A stretch of DNA of 32,000 nucleotides from Candidatus Arthromitus sp. SFB-mouse-Japan (GTDB lineage: Bacteria; Bacillota; Clostridia; Clostridiales; Clostridiaceae): contig NC_015913.1 in assembly GCF_000270205.1 (NCBI RefSeq), forward strand, positions 1,080,001 through 1,112,000. The letters are read 5' to 3'. This document shows positions 9,301 through 17,410 of the stretch, one piece after another. The notes beneath the pieces are model-generated. The model was not told where the DNA came from and did not search any database. It saw only the letters and a program-made list of their open reading frames with translations. A program made the position numbers and the translations under genes. Each line of letters begins with the position of its first letter. Within the stretch, counting starts at the first letter, position 1.

Positions 9301-9711
9301 ATCACTACCAGTTGGTGGTGTTGTATCTCCTTCAATTGTTGGCGGTATTGCAACTTCATCGTTTGATGGAGGTTTACTTGAACCCCCTTCATCCACTGAT
9401 GGTCCCTCTGAATCTTCACCTTCACCACCTTCAGAACCATCTCCTGAACTATCATCACTTGGTGGTATAGTTCCCTCTACTTGTTCTGTATCGTCAGGAT
9501 TCTCACTTTCTTCACTAGATTCTCGAGTAATCGTAGTATTTAAATATGCGTACAATGAATCACTATCTTGACTTACCTCAGCTCTTGCGTAATTCAAAGC
9601 TGTTGCAACTTCCCTATTATATTGTGTACTATAAGGCACAAAGCATCCTGAAAAAATACTTGATGTAACAAACATCGTAATTAACATAAAACTAACTTTT
9701 CTCTTATTCAT
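6370..9711 (-). CDS. Paralog P3: surface lipoprotein with acidic disordered regions, FN3-like modules and a double DUF4214 C-terminus
   Basis: 1113-aa ORF. MNKRKVSFMLITMFVTSSIFSGC has a lipobox. GGGAGGG Shine-Dalgarno upstream. Two D/E/G/S/P-rich low-complexity segments. FN3-like signatures (VNGLESDTSYIFTKLFI, LNNLEKNKDYGFVILEL, FSDLKPETSGMFTIIF, LEGLKPDYTYTNVIIRL). The C-terminus is EGWNFWIEKLQSKELSATEFIAENLMTQPEF...EEEGQKYWESKY... Confidence 0.85.
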   Translation of the reverse strand: MNKRKVSFMLITMFVTSSIFSGCFVPYSTQYNREVATALNYARAEVSQDSDSLYAYLNTTITRESSEESENPDDTEQVEGTIPPSDDSSGDGSEGGEGEDSEGPSVDEGGSSKPPSNDEVAIPPTIEGDTTPPTGSDGDTSQTPPESGGDQQPSEPTVTNQSQVQIVKSTGSSELVGAGESYTPYGTIELSLKLSGKILESKIDIPVTPEQPDDGTGGGDIDNGEDENKPSEGGTDDGSGDSSGEDSDKPSNGDGEQKPPTEDGGNKPDEGEGIPDNGVNGTPDVGEEEKPEVDGGSTDQPSDDEVNMEGSSSLPPSQESPSESTKPPTDSEDSDITDDVEDTEEEPLTYGVKNFETGTLGDLIKRAYQEAKGDRSSETVTERKKLRDALSKILDDMNAQLSFESTHGVKKIKMSSDFVPNTDDYIKSIIDLGNTKLDNGIDPSNIALRIVVRNENVGDKLLTNTVYSLGALEESQTNRDITVGDDVKLTLTGLSNCKTGKAPALFISKNAAKPNLYETNSQNLQGTSKNDMYVTQFKNGVYLDMGSYGTSESDISIAENSIKFKNITFRDPDRSISRVEIQDDRGYRYSCSLISEYTDTFSIEVNGLESDTSYIFTKLFITSNTDGRMTSQELDLGCYDNGSVKQNYIPIRTIKQPEPKIQLAATNSSTVKLPNGIEMNTVKNSDTALRYVFKVDNKQGNILDLKVISLTGSESYQVEKIVDRVQKQNYYIVTLNNLEKNKDYGFVILELNYLDDSGNVQTSRKSLSTLNSTKGENTKYDNMTEAESLPIEEAVQISLSDSFTSSYARVARVPILIDDLENRVTSIDVENPVDNPNARVSYDNFILEFSDLKPETSGMFTIIFNCEDNGVSRETKQIKKYVQLSTTETPDYDIKSTDIEVVDLTKVNIKLNIYNNPKSEVKSVTVLDDLNNALKATWDKDISTIKLEGLKPDYTYTNVIIRLILENGKSVEYPLGTFKTVIDENRPKGDVAEFVRRVYKIALGREPENEGWNFWIEKLQSKELSATEFIAENLMTQPEFVDRELTKSKFVSTMYTLIVDRESEEEGQKYWESKYVEYRDQVSTIEQLRIKIAREMMDQPEFKELVTRIGLRY

Positions 9712-9728
9712 TTCAAACCCTCCCTGTT

Positions 9729-9768
9729 TTTAAAAAAAAAGATGGCTAGATAAGCCATCTTTCTTTTT
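9729..9768 (-). terminator. Strong rho-independent (bidirectional-looking) terminator after paralog P2
   Basis: Perfect 8-bp stem AAGATGGC/GCCATCTT (9738-9745 / 9753-9760) with a 7-nt loop, flanked by an A9 run and a T-rich run. On the minus strand the stem is followed by T9. Confidence 0.8.
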
Positions 9769-9776
9769 TGAAATGA

Positions 9777-12700
9777 TTAATATATCAATTGAAGTTTAGT
9801 CACTAACTCTTTAAACTCTGGTTGATCCATCATTTCTTTTGCAATTTTAATTCTTAACTCAGCTATAGACTTAACTTGATCCTTGTATTCATCATATTTT
9901 CTTTCCCAATAGTTTTGGCCATCACTATCTGGCTCCCTATTAACTATTAATGAATACATTGTCGTAACAAACCTCGATTTACTTAACTCCCTATCCACAA
10001 ATTCTGGTTGAGTCATTAAGTTTTCTGCAATAAATTCTGTAGCTGAAATCTCTTTTGATGTTAATTTTCCAATCCAAAAATTCCATCCTTCAACTTCTGG
10101 CTCACGTCCAAGAGCTATTGTATAAACTCTTGCAACAAAATCTGCAACTGCTCCAGTTGGTTTAATAATTTCTTCGCTAGTTGTAAATGGAGTCAACTCA
10201 TATTTACTTGTCAATTTATTTTCGAGAGTAAATGTTACTACAAGCTCACTATACTCTTTGTTTGATTCAAGATTATACAATGTTATAGTATTAGTTGTTT
10301 TATCCCAAGAACTTCTTATTACCTTAGAGTTTTTATCTTTAATTTCTATTGCCTTAATAGGTGATTTTGGATTTTCATAATACTCAAGTTTTATAGTCAC
10401 TTCATTTCCTTTAACAGTTGCTGTATCGCTCTTAATATCTACTTCTGGCACAGCTGGAGTCATAACTTTTAAATATTTTGTTAATACTTTATCATTACCA
10501 CTTGCATCTTTGTAATTAAATTCTAAAGTTATTGTTGTAGTTGCATTAGGTTTTAATCCTGTAACATCTAAATAAGAATCCTTATACTCAACTTTAACAT
10601 CTGAATTATTTGTTACAGGTTTAAAAGTCATACCAGATACTCTTCCATAAATATCATCAACAAAAACTGGAACTCTTGCTTTTCTTGCATATTCACTCTT
10701 AAACTCATCATTCATTATTACGTTAACATCATTTAATCCTGTTAAAGCTTCCTTCTCTGTTCTATTATCCATTGTTGGATTTTTATCATCAGTCTTATAA
10801 ATATTTCCTATAGATTGTCTTGTAGTTTTATCATTACCACTTGCATCCTTATAACCAAGCTCAAAAATCACATGACTATAATCAGTATTAGGTGTAAGAC
10901 CTGTTAAAGTTACTATATAATAGTTAGTTTTTGTCTTACTATCTTCAATCTTTTTAACATCTGCTTTCTCATTTGAAGTTAAAGAAAGTACTTGTAAATC
11001 TCCAATATTTCCTTCATTATTATCAACTTTAACTATATATCTAAGTGCTGTAGAATCATTCTTAACTGGTTTTACTTTTAATCCATTAGGTAAAGTAACA
11101 TCTTCAGTTACCTTTGCAGAACCTAATTCTATTTTTGGCTCAGAAACTTGAGTTGTTCTAACAGATAATTGGTTAGCTGTAACATTATTACTAGCATCCA
11201 CGTTAGCTAAATCGATTGTAACCGTTTTATCTTTTACCCCAGTGTTTGAAGTTACAAGCAATTTTGTAAACGTGTATGACATATCCCTCTCAAGGTTATT
11301 TACTTGAACATAATATCCATTATCTTTATTTGAAAGATCAACTGGAACTAGACTACACGTATATTTTGTACCTCTAGCATCCTGCATTTCAATTTTCACA
11401 ATAGTACTATCTGGATCGTTTAAAACTATATTTTTATATTTAATTGATGTTCCACTAGCTACTATTCCTTCTTTAACATTTTCGTGATAATCTGTCATGT
11501 TTAAATAAATTCCTGGTTTAATCATCGTTGTTATATATTTATCTTTTAAAGTACCCTTATCAGTACCTGATGAAGTCTGATATATAACACTTGTAGTTTT
11601 ATCTTCCTTCTGAGCTGTTAAAATTGAAGGTGATTTACCCGTTCTACATTCTGGTACTGTAAAGCCTGATATGAATTGATTATCATTTGCATCTACCTTA
11701 ATATTATTTCCATCACTGTTAGTTCCACCTATACCAACAAATGTATAGTCAGTGTTGGTTTTTAATATTGAGTTATCATTATTTGATGCAGAACTATTTC
11801 TTATCATCATTCTTAATACAACATCTTTAGAATCCGTAGATCTTGCAGTTCTCATAGTTCTTCCTGTAGTCCTCATACTGTTTAAATCTATAATACCTCT
11901 TACATAATCCTTGTTACTAGTTTTATCTGGGAATATATCGCTAATTGGAACATTTACAAGGGTACCTTTTGGATCTCTAAACATTAACGTTTTTCCTGTA
12001 TTATTATCACAAATCACTTTTTTAAGAGCAGCTTGCAAAGCTTCTCTAGCTGTTGTTGTACCTTCTCCTGACCATCCACTGTTAGAATCTTTAATTGCTT
12101 CATCAAAGGCACCTGAAATTAATCCACTTAGATTTTCTTTATTTAATACTTCTCCTGATAACTTAAAGCTCAAATAAATAACACCTTGAATATTACCATC
12201 ATCACCTGTACCTATTACTTCGCTTGATCCAACACTCTTTAATGGTACGAATTCTCCTATCGTTGTTCTTTCTGTGCTAGCTTGTGGAGAAATAGCAGAT
12301 TGTGAATTAGACTGTGGAAGATTTGGATCATTTTGAGCATTATTATTAATAGTTACTCCACTAGTTGATGGTGTTGTTCCTTCGCTAACTCCATTATTTG
12401 GAGATATAATATTCCCTTGTCCTGAATTATCTACTACACCTGTACCTTGTGAAATGCCTGAATTATCTACTATATCTGTACCTTGTGAAGAATTTGAACC
12501 TGTTAAATCATTTGTATCAGTCAATGAAGAAATATCATCTTCTACAACAGCTCCCCCAAATCCTGTCATAGTATTACCGTTACTAAATGAATTAATATTA
12601 TCATTTGATATTATTTCATCAGATGGAGACATTTCATATGGTGTCATTTCATAATCTGTTCCCATTTGATCAAATAAATTTGTATCATTTGACCTTGCAC

Positions 12701-13064
12701 CCATTTTTATATCATTTGTTGTTTCACCATTTTGAATTCCATTGTCATATACATTTGTGTCACCACTAAAAATATTTTGATCATCCATTAATGCTCCATC
12801 TGTAATTTCATCACCATAGGTAACATTTGGATAATTTCCAGGATTATAATCTGGCGCTGTATTATCTGTATATGGGTTATTTACTCCATATCCATCTCCT
12901 GTATATTCTGTAACAGTTCTATCTGTTGCTCTTCTAAATGCATCCTCTCCTTGTGCTACATTTGCACCATTATCTGCACTCTTATTATTTGATGTGCATC
13001 CTGTTAACATACTTGAGGCAACAACTAATCCAGTTAATAGAAGTGTAATTTTTTTTCTATTCAT
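9777..13064 (-). CDS. Paralog P2: surface lipoprotein, N/D/G/S/T-rich linker, FN3-like modules, double DUF4214 C-terminus
   Basis: 1095-aa ORF. MNRKKITLLLTGLVVASSMLTGC has a lipobox. AGGAGG upstream (13079-13084). It is colinear with P1 over nearly its whole length after the linker. The C-terminus is EGWNFWIGKLTSKEISATEFIAENLMTQPEFVDREL...DSDGQNYWERKY... Confidence 0.85.
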   Translation of the reverse strand: MNRKKITLLLTGLVVASSMLTGCTSNNKSADNGANVAQGEDAFRRATDRTVTEYTGDGYGVNNPYTDNTAPDYNPGNYPNVTYGDEITDGALMDDQNIFSGDTNVYDNGIQNGETTNDIKMGARSNDTNLFDQMGTDYEMTPYEMSPSDEIISNDNINSFSNGNTMTGFGGAVVEDDISSLTDTNDLTGSNSSQGTDIVDNSGISQGTGVVDNSGQGNIISPNNGVSEGTTPSTSGVTINNNAQNDPNLPQSNSQSAISPQASTERTTIGEFVPLKSVGSSEVIGTGDDGNIQGVIYLSFKLSGEVLNKENLSGLISGAFDEAIKDSNSGWSGEGTTTAREALQAALKKVICDNNTGKTLMFRDPKGTLVNVPISDIFPDKTSNKDYVRGIIDLNSMRTTGRTMRTARSTDSKDVVLRMMIRNSSASNNDNSILKTNTDYTFVGIGGTNSDGNNIKVDANDNQFISGFTVPECRTGKSPSILTAQKEDKTTSVIYQTSSGTDKGTLKDKYITTMIKPGIYLNMTDYHENVKEGIVASGTSIKYKNIVLNDPDSTIVKIEMQDARGTKYTCSLVPVDLSNKDNGYYVQVNNLERDMSYTFTKLLVTSNTGVKDKTVTIDLANVDASNNVTANQLSVRTTQVSEPKIELGSAKVTEDVTLPNGLKVKPVKNDSTALRYIVKVDNNEGNIGDLQVLSLTSNEKADVKKIEDSKTKTNYYIVTLTGLTPNTDYSHVIFELGYKDASGNDKTTRQSIGNIYKTDDKNPTMDNRTEKEALTGLNDVNVIMNDEFKSEYARKARVPVFVDDIYGRVSGMTFKPVTNNSDVKVEYKDSYLDVTGLKPNATTTITLEFNYKDASGNDKVLTKYLKVMTPAVPEVDIKSDTATVKGNEVTIKLEYYENPKSPIKAIEIKDKNSKVIRSSWDKTTNTITLYNLESNKEYSELVVTFTLENKLTSKYELTPFTTSEEIIKPTGAVADFVARVYTIALGREPEVEGWNFWIGKLTSKEISATEFIAENLMTQPEFVDRELSKSRFVTTMYSLIVNREPDSDGQNYWERKYDEYKDQVKSIAELRIKIAKEMMDQPEFKELVTKLQLIY

Positions 13065-13077
13065 AACCTTCTTAAAA
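13026..13077 (-). repeat. 52-nt block identical to 16333-16384 (5' cassette of P2)
   Basis: CTAATCCAGTTAATAGAAGTGTAATTTTTTTTCTATTCATAACCTTCTTAAA occurs identically at both sites. It covers the codons for MNRKKITLLLTGL plus 13 nt of leader. Similarity continues, imperfectly, through the AGGAGG and beyond. Confidence 0.9.
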
Positions 13078-13117
13078 CCTCCTAATTTATAAAATAACCT
13101 TCGTAATTTTATCTAAA

Positions 13118-16100
13118 TTAATATTTTAATCCTAATGAAGTTACTAACTCCTTGAACTCCTTCTCATTCATCATTTCTCTTGCTATTTTAATTCTCAAGG
13201 TTGCAACTGAACTTGTTTGTTCTCTGTATTCGTTATATTTTTTCTCCCAATAACTTTGTCCATCTTCATCTGGAGTTCTATTAACTATCAATGAGTACAT
13301 AGTTGTAACGAATTGTTGTTTATTTAACTCTCTTTCAATAAACTCTGGTTGAGTCATTAAATTTTCAGCTATAAACTCTGTAGCTGAAAGCTCTTTAGAC
13401 GTTAATTTATTAACCCAGAAATTCCATCCTTCAGCCTCTGGCTGACGTCCAAGTGCTATTGTATAGACTCTTGATACAAAGTTCGCAACATCACCTGTTG
13501 GTTTTGGAGTAACTGTACCAGTTTTAAATGAAGTTAATGGATACTCTATAACTTCTGTATTTTCTAAAGTAAACTTAGCAATCAATCCTTTAAACTCCGT
13601 ATTTGCATCCAATCCTTGTATAAAAATTGAATTTGTTGATGAATCCCAATTAGAAGTATATTTTTTACCTGTTGAATCCTCAATTGATATAGATTTAATA
13701 GGAGATTTTGGTGTTGAATAATACTCAAGTTTAACTATAGCCTCATTTTCCTTAATAATCACTGTATCTGATTTAATATCTAAATCTCCTGTAACTGGTG
13801 TCTTTATAGTTACATACTTTCTCATACTTTTCTCTATACCAGCATCAGTTTTATAAACAAATTCTAAAGTAATAGTAGTGCTTGAATTTGGAGTTAAACC
13901 TGTTACATTTACATAAGAACCATCATACTCAACTTTAACATCTAAATTTGATTCTAATGGAATGTAATTCATCCTAACAAATCTTCCATTCATATCATCA
14001 ATGAATAATGGAACTCGCGTACTCCTTGCATAATCAGCTTTATGATTTGTTTCAATATCTACTGTAAAAGTGCCTTGTCCTGTAATAGGAGTATTCTCTG
14101 TTACGTTATCAACTGTTTTATCATCTCTCTTAGTATTAATTTGAGCTAATGTTGTTCTAAGAACCCCATCTTTTCCATCATAATCTTTATAATCTAATTC
14201 TAAATTAACAAAATTATAATCTGTTCCTGGAGATAGACTACTTAAAGTTACTACATAATAATTAGTTTTACTTTTCTTATCTACAATCTTTTGAATCTTA
14301 GACTCTTCTCCAGGTCTTAAACTCGTTACTCTTAACTCCCCAATATTATCTTCGGAATTATCAACTTTTAAAACATATCTAAGAGAAGTTGCATCATTCT
14401 TAACAGCTTGTACCTTTAATCCACCAGGAAGTGTAACAGTTTGTTTTGGTCCATCTGCTCCTAACTCTAACTTTGGCTCACTAAAGTTAGTTGTTTTAAT
14501 TGCTGTAGTATTAACTGTAGCCCCCGCAGTATCTTTTTTCATCAATTGAAGTACGTTTAATTGATCCTTACCTTCAGTATTTGTAGTTATATCAATTTCT
14601 GTAAAGATGTAACTACTATCAGTTCTTAATCCACTAATTTGCAAATATTTACCAGCTTTTTTGTTATCAGGATCTACTTGAATTAATGTTCCAGGATAAG
14701 TTTTGCCCTCTGAATCTTTCATTTCAATCTTAACTATACTATCATCAGAATCAACAAACTTAATCCCTTTAAATCTTATAGTTGTACCCCTAGCCTCTAC
14801 TTTATCAGGACTATTTAAATCGAAATCTTCTACGTTTAGATAATTTTTCTTATTAAGTTTTGTTACATATACCGTTCCAGTAGTTACAGTTCCTGCTGAA
14901 CCATTACTAAGATTTTCATATATAGCACTAGTTGAACTGTCTTTCATTATTTGTATAGTAGAAGGAGCTTTAGCTGTTGTTGCTTGAGGAATTCTTAATC
15001 CTGTAAGAACTTTATCATCTTTTATTGGTAACTCATTATTCTTAACTGTGCTACCAGTTAAACCTACAAATGTATAACTTGTATTTGTAGCTAACTCATC
15101 ATTACCTTGTCCATCTGCACTTTGAAATCTCATAATAAGTGTAATTGGAATATCTTGTGAAGTAGCTCTTACTGATCTTTTTCCACCATCTCTGTACATA
15201 CCATCAATGTCAATTATTCTTCTTACATACTGTGAATTTTTATTCTTATCAGGACAAATATTAGCAGCTGTATATGGTATGTTAATTATTTGACCCTTAC
15301 TGTCCTGAAATGTAAAATTATTACCAGTATCTGTTGGATTAAATATCTCAGCTAATCCTTTTTGTAAAGCTTCTCTTGCTGTAGTATTTTGTGCAGCTCC
15401 TTCAAAGTTTGTATTCGCATCTTGTAAAGTTTCTTCATAAGCCTTTTGTATTAAATCAGCTAAAGTACTTTGAGTACTGCCATTGGTAACTTGTGTAGAA
15501 AGTACATCTCCTGTTAACTTGAAACTAAATCTAATAGTTCCTTGTGGTTTTTTACTTCCTTGAGCACCGGTTAATTCTACACCACCAATACTTCTTACAG
15601 GTACTATATTACCAGCTACAGTACTTTGAGTATTTCTACCCTCTTGTATTGTTTGTGGAGTATCCATGACTTGTCCATTAATATCTGAACTCATATTTGT
15701 ATTTGGAGTCATTCCATTCTGAGTATTATTATTTACATCCATATCATTTTTAGTTGTGTCAGAATTATTAGATATATTTGGATTTTCAGTTGTATTTAGA
15801 TTGCTATCAACTCCATTTATCCCAGACACATCTTGTCTACTTGAATTTGTTGACCCATCTGATAAATCACTTCCATTTGTTCTATCTGGTAATCTTCCAA
15901 AACCATTCAATGGCTCCATGATAGACGCATTGTTTTGGAATTCATTTATATTATCTTTTCCTGACACATCCTCTGATGAAATCAAATTATTTCCCGTTCC
16001 ATTTTCATTTATTGACTCATCAGATGTTATATCTCTAGAATATCTATTTAAATTCTCATCTACTGAGTTATTAAATCCATTATCAGTTCCATTATCAAAC

Positions 16101-16372
16101 TCATTAACTGTATCCATTCCCGTTATATCATCAGCATAAGCAACATCTGGATATCCTCCAGATTGATATTGATTATTAGAATTGTATGGATATTGCGCTT
16201 CTTCTTTAAACTCTGTTACAATTCTCTCTGTTGCTCTCTGCAATCCATTCTCATCATATTGAGAAACTTTATTGTTATCTTGAGTTTTGTTACCTGATGA
16301 TGCACATCCTGTAAATATACTTGAGGCGATCGCTAATCCAGTTAATAGAAGTGTAATTTTTTTTCTATTCAT
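13118..16372 (-). CDS. Paralog P1: surface lipoprotein, N/S/T/D-rich linker, FN3-like modules, double DUF4214 C-terminus
   Basis: 1084-aa ORF. MNRKKITLLLTGLAIASSIFTGC has a lipobox. AGGAGG upstream. FN3-like signatures (ISGLRTDSSYIFTEIDI, LSSLSPGTDYNFVNLEL, VTGLTPNSSTTITLEF, IQGLDANTEFKGLIAKF). The C-terminus is EGWNFWVNKLTSKELSATEFIAENLMTQPEFIEREL...DEDGQSYWEKKY... I found no terminator between its stop (13118) and the P2 start (13064). Confidence 0.85.
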   Translation of the reverse strand: MNRKKITLLLTGLAIASSIFTGCASSGNKTQDNNKVSQYDENGLQRATERIVTEFKEEAQYPYNSNNQYQSGGYPDVAYADDITGMDTVNEFDNGTDNGFNNSVDENLNRYSRDITSDESINENGTGNNLISSEDVSGKDNINEFQNNASIMEPLNGFGRLPDRTNGSDLSDGSTNSSRQDVSGINGVDSNLNTTENPNISNNSDTTKNDMDVNNNTQNGMTPNTNMSSDINGQVMDTPQTIQEGRNTQSTVAGNIVPVRSIGGVELTGAQGSKKPQGTIRFSFKLTGDVLSTQVTNGSTQSTLADLIQKAYEETLQDANTNFEGAAQNTTAREALQKGLAEIFNPTDTGNNFTFQDSKGQIINIPYTAANICPDKNKNSQYVRRIIDIDGMYRDGGKRSVRATSQDIPITLIMRFQSADGQGNDELATNTSYTFVGLTGSTVKNNELPIKDDKVLTGLRIPQATTAKAPSTIQIMKDSSTSAIYENLSNGSAGTVTTGTVYVTKLNKKNYLNVEDFDLNSPDKVEARGTTIRFKGIKFVDSDDSIVKIEMKDSEGKTYPGTLIQVDPDNKKAGKYLQISGLRTDSSYIFTEIDITTNTEGKDQLNVLQLMKKDTAGATVNTTAIKTTNFSEPKLELGADGPKQTVTLPGGLKVQAVKNDATSLRYVLKVDNSEDNIGELRVTSLRPGEESKIQKIVDKKSKTNYYVVTLSSLSPGTDYNFVNLELDYKDYDGKDGVLRTTLAQINTKRDDKTVDNVTENTPITGQGTFTVDIETNHKADYARSTRVPLFIDDMNGRFVRMNYIPLESNLDVKVEYDGSYVNVTGLTPNSSTTITLEFVYKTDAGIEKSMRKYVTIKTPVTGDLDIKSDTVIIKENEAIVKLEYYSTPKSPIKSISIEDSTGKKYTSNWDSSTNSIFIQGLDANTEFKGLIAKFTLENTEVIEYPLTSFKTGTVTPKPTGDVANFVSRVYTIALGRQPEAEGWNFWVNKLTSKELSATEFIAENLMTQPEFIERELNKQQFVTTMYSLIVNRTPDEDGQSYWEKKYNEYREQTSSVATLRIKIAREMMNEKEFKELVTSLGLKY

Positions 16373-16384
16373 AACCTTCTTAAA
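16333..16384 (-). repeat. 52-nt block identical to 13026-13077 (5' cassette of P1)
   Basis: See the 13026-13077 entry. The block includes a T8 run on the + strand (A8 in the mRNA) at codons 3-6. Confidence 0.9.
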
Positions 16385-16528
16385 CCTCCTAAATTTTTAA
16401 AATAGCACTTAATAAAAATAAATAACTCGAACCTTTTAAAAAATAAAAATATTTAATAAATCAGCAATTTCTTAACTACTGATAAAACTATTATGAACAA
16501 TTTATTTTTTTATATTCATATTTTAAAA

Positions 16529-16559
16529 TAAAAAAAATGACTACTCTAAGAATAGCCAT
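16529..16559 (-). terminator. Weak rho-independent terminator after the deacetylase gene
   Basis: On the minus strand: ATGGCTA-(9-nt loop)-TAGTCAT (7 bp including one G-U pair) followed by T8, immediately after the stop at 16565. Confidence 0.45.
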
Positions 16560-16564
16560 TTTAA

Positions 16565-17398
16565 TTAATAACCATATTCAGCCAATTTTTGTTTAAAAAT
16601 GTCAATATCACTTCCACCTGGTATACTAACTCTCTCCATAGTCATATAATGATCAAAAAATTCCCCTGGCTCAGTCGACAAAGCCCATTCATATCCTACA
16701 TCTTGAGCAACTCTTATAACCTCAGAGTTAAATGAAGAATTTGGATAAACTAAAAATAAAACAGGTTTATTTAATGTTTCCTCCAATATCTTCTTACTTA
16801 TATACATTGACTTATGTACTTGAGCAAGCGATGTATTAATAAAGTCTTCGTTGTTATGTCCTTGACTTTCTATGTCTTGACCAGCTTCGTGCATCTCTAC
16901 AAGATTATCCTTCGTAACATATCCTCTCTCTCCAAGTTGCCTTGTTGTAACAAAAAAGCTCGCCTTTAAATTCCTTTTTTGAAGTTCAGGGAACACCGTA
17001 TCATATGAGCTTTTATCTCCATCATCAAAAGTTAAAACTAATGTTTTCTCTGGAATCTCCTCACAAGATTTACGTAATCTATAAAGTTCTTCTAATGTTA
17101 TAACATTGTATCCATTTCCAACTATATAATCTAATTGTTTTCTAAAATCATCAATATGTACGTATAAATCATCTTCCTGACTAGCTTTCTTACTATTTGT
17201 TACATTATGATAAAGCAAAATTAACGCTTCATTCTTTTCTTTCCTACTTAACATTTCTTCATTTGTAAGTGATGGCTTTACTTCATCATATATTTTTTTA
17301 GCATCATAATAAGATTTTGCAACCTGACTTCCTATGGATAAAAAACTAACTAAAATTAATAACGGAAGCAAAACTTTATAAACTTTTTTTCCTCTCAA
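16565..17398 (-). CDS. Polysaccharide deacetylase (NodB homology domain), membrane-anchored
   Basis: 277-aa ORF with a TTG start. It has an N-terminal TM helix (VLLPLLILVSFLSIG), LLYHNV, and the canonical LTFDDGDKSSYD motif. The arrangement is typical of PdaA/PgdA-type peptidoglycan deacetylases. The second His motif looks atypical (ESQGHNNE). Confidence 0.8.
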   Translation of the reverse strand: MRGKKVYKVLLPLLILVSFLSIGSQVAKSYYDAKKIYDEVKPSLTNEEMLSRKEKNEALILLYHNVTNSKKASQEDDLYVHIDDFRKQLDYIVGNGYNVITLEELYRLRKSCEEIPEKTLVLTFDDGDKSSYDTVFPELQKRNLKASFFVTTRQLGERGYVTKDNLVEMHEAGQDIESQGHNNEDFINTSLAQVHKSMYISKKILEETLNKPVLFLVYPNSSFNSEVIRVAQDVGYEWALSTEPGEFFDHYMTMERVSIPGGSDIDIFKQKLAEYGY

Positions 17399-17410
17399 GT
17401 TAACACATCC

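Noticed and set aside
8691-9470. ORFs 8931-9470(+), 9237-9458(-) and 8691-8873(-), with His/Leu/Gln-rich translations
   Set aside because: They are artefacts of the acidic GAn/GGn-rich low-complexity region of P3, which lacks stop codons in several frames. None has a start context.
11911-16139. Antisense ORFs 11911-12177, 12454-12654 and 15756-16139
   Set aside because: They are nested antisense within P2 and P1. They have no independent signals and their composition is typical of shadow ORFs.
2323-16372. Diversity-generating retroelement or invertase-driven phase variation acting on the paralog array
   Set aside because: There is no reverse transcriptase, no template/variable repeat pair and no site-specific recombinase gene in the window. 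No inverted repeats bracket the promoter regions. Only homologous recombination or slippage remain as possible mechanisms.
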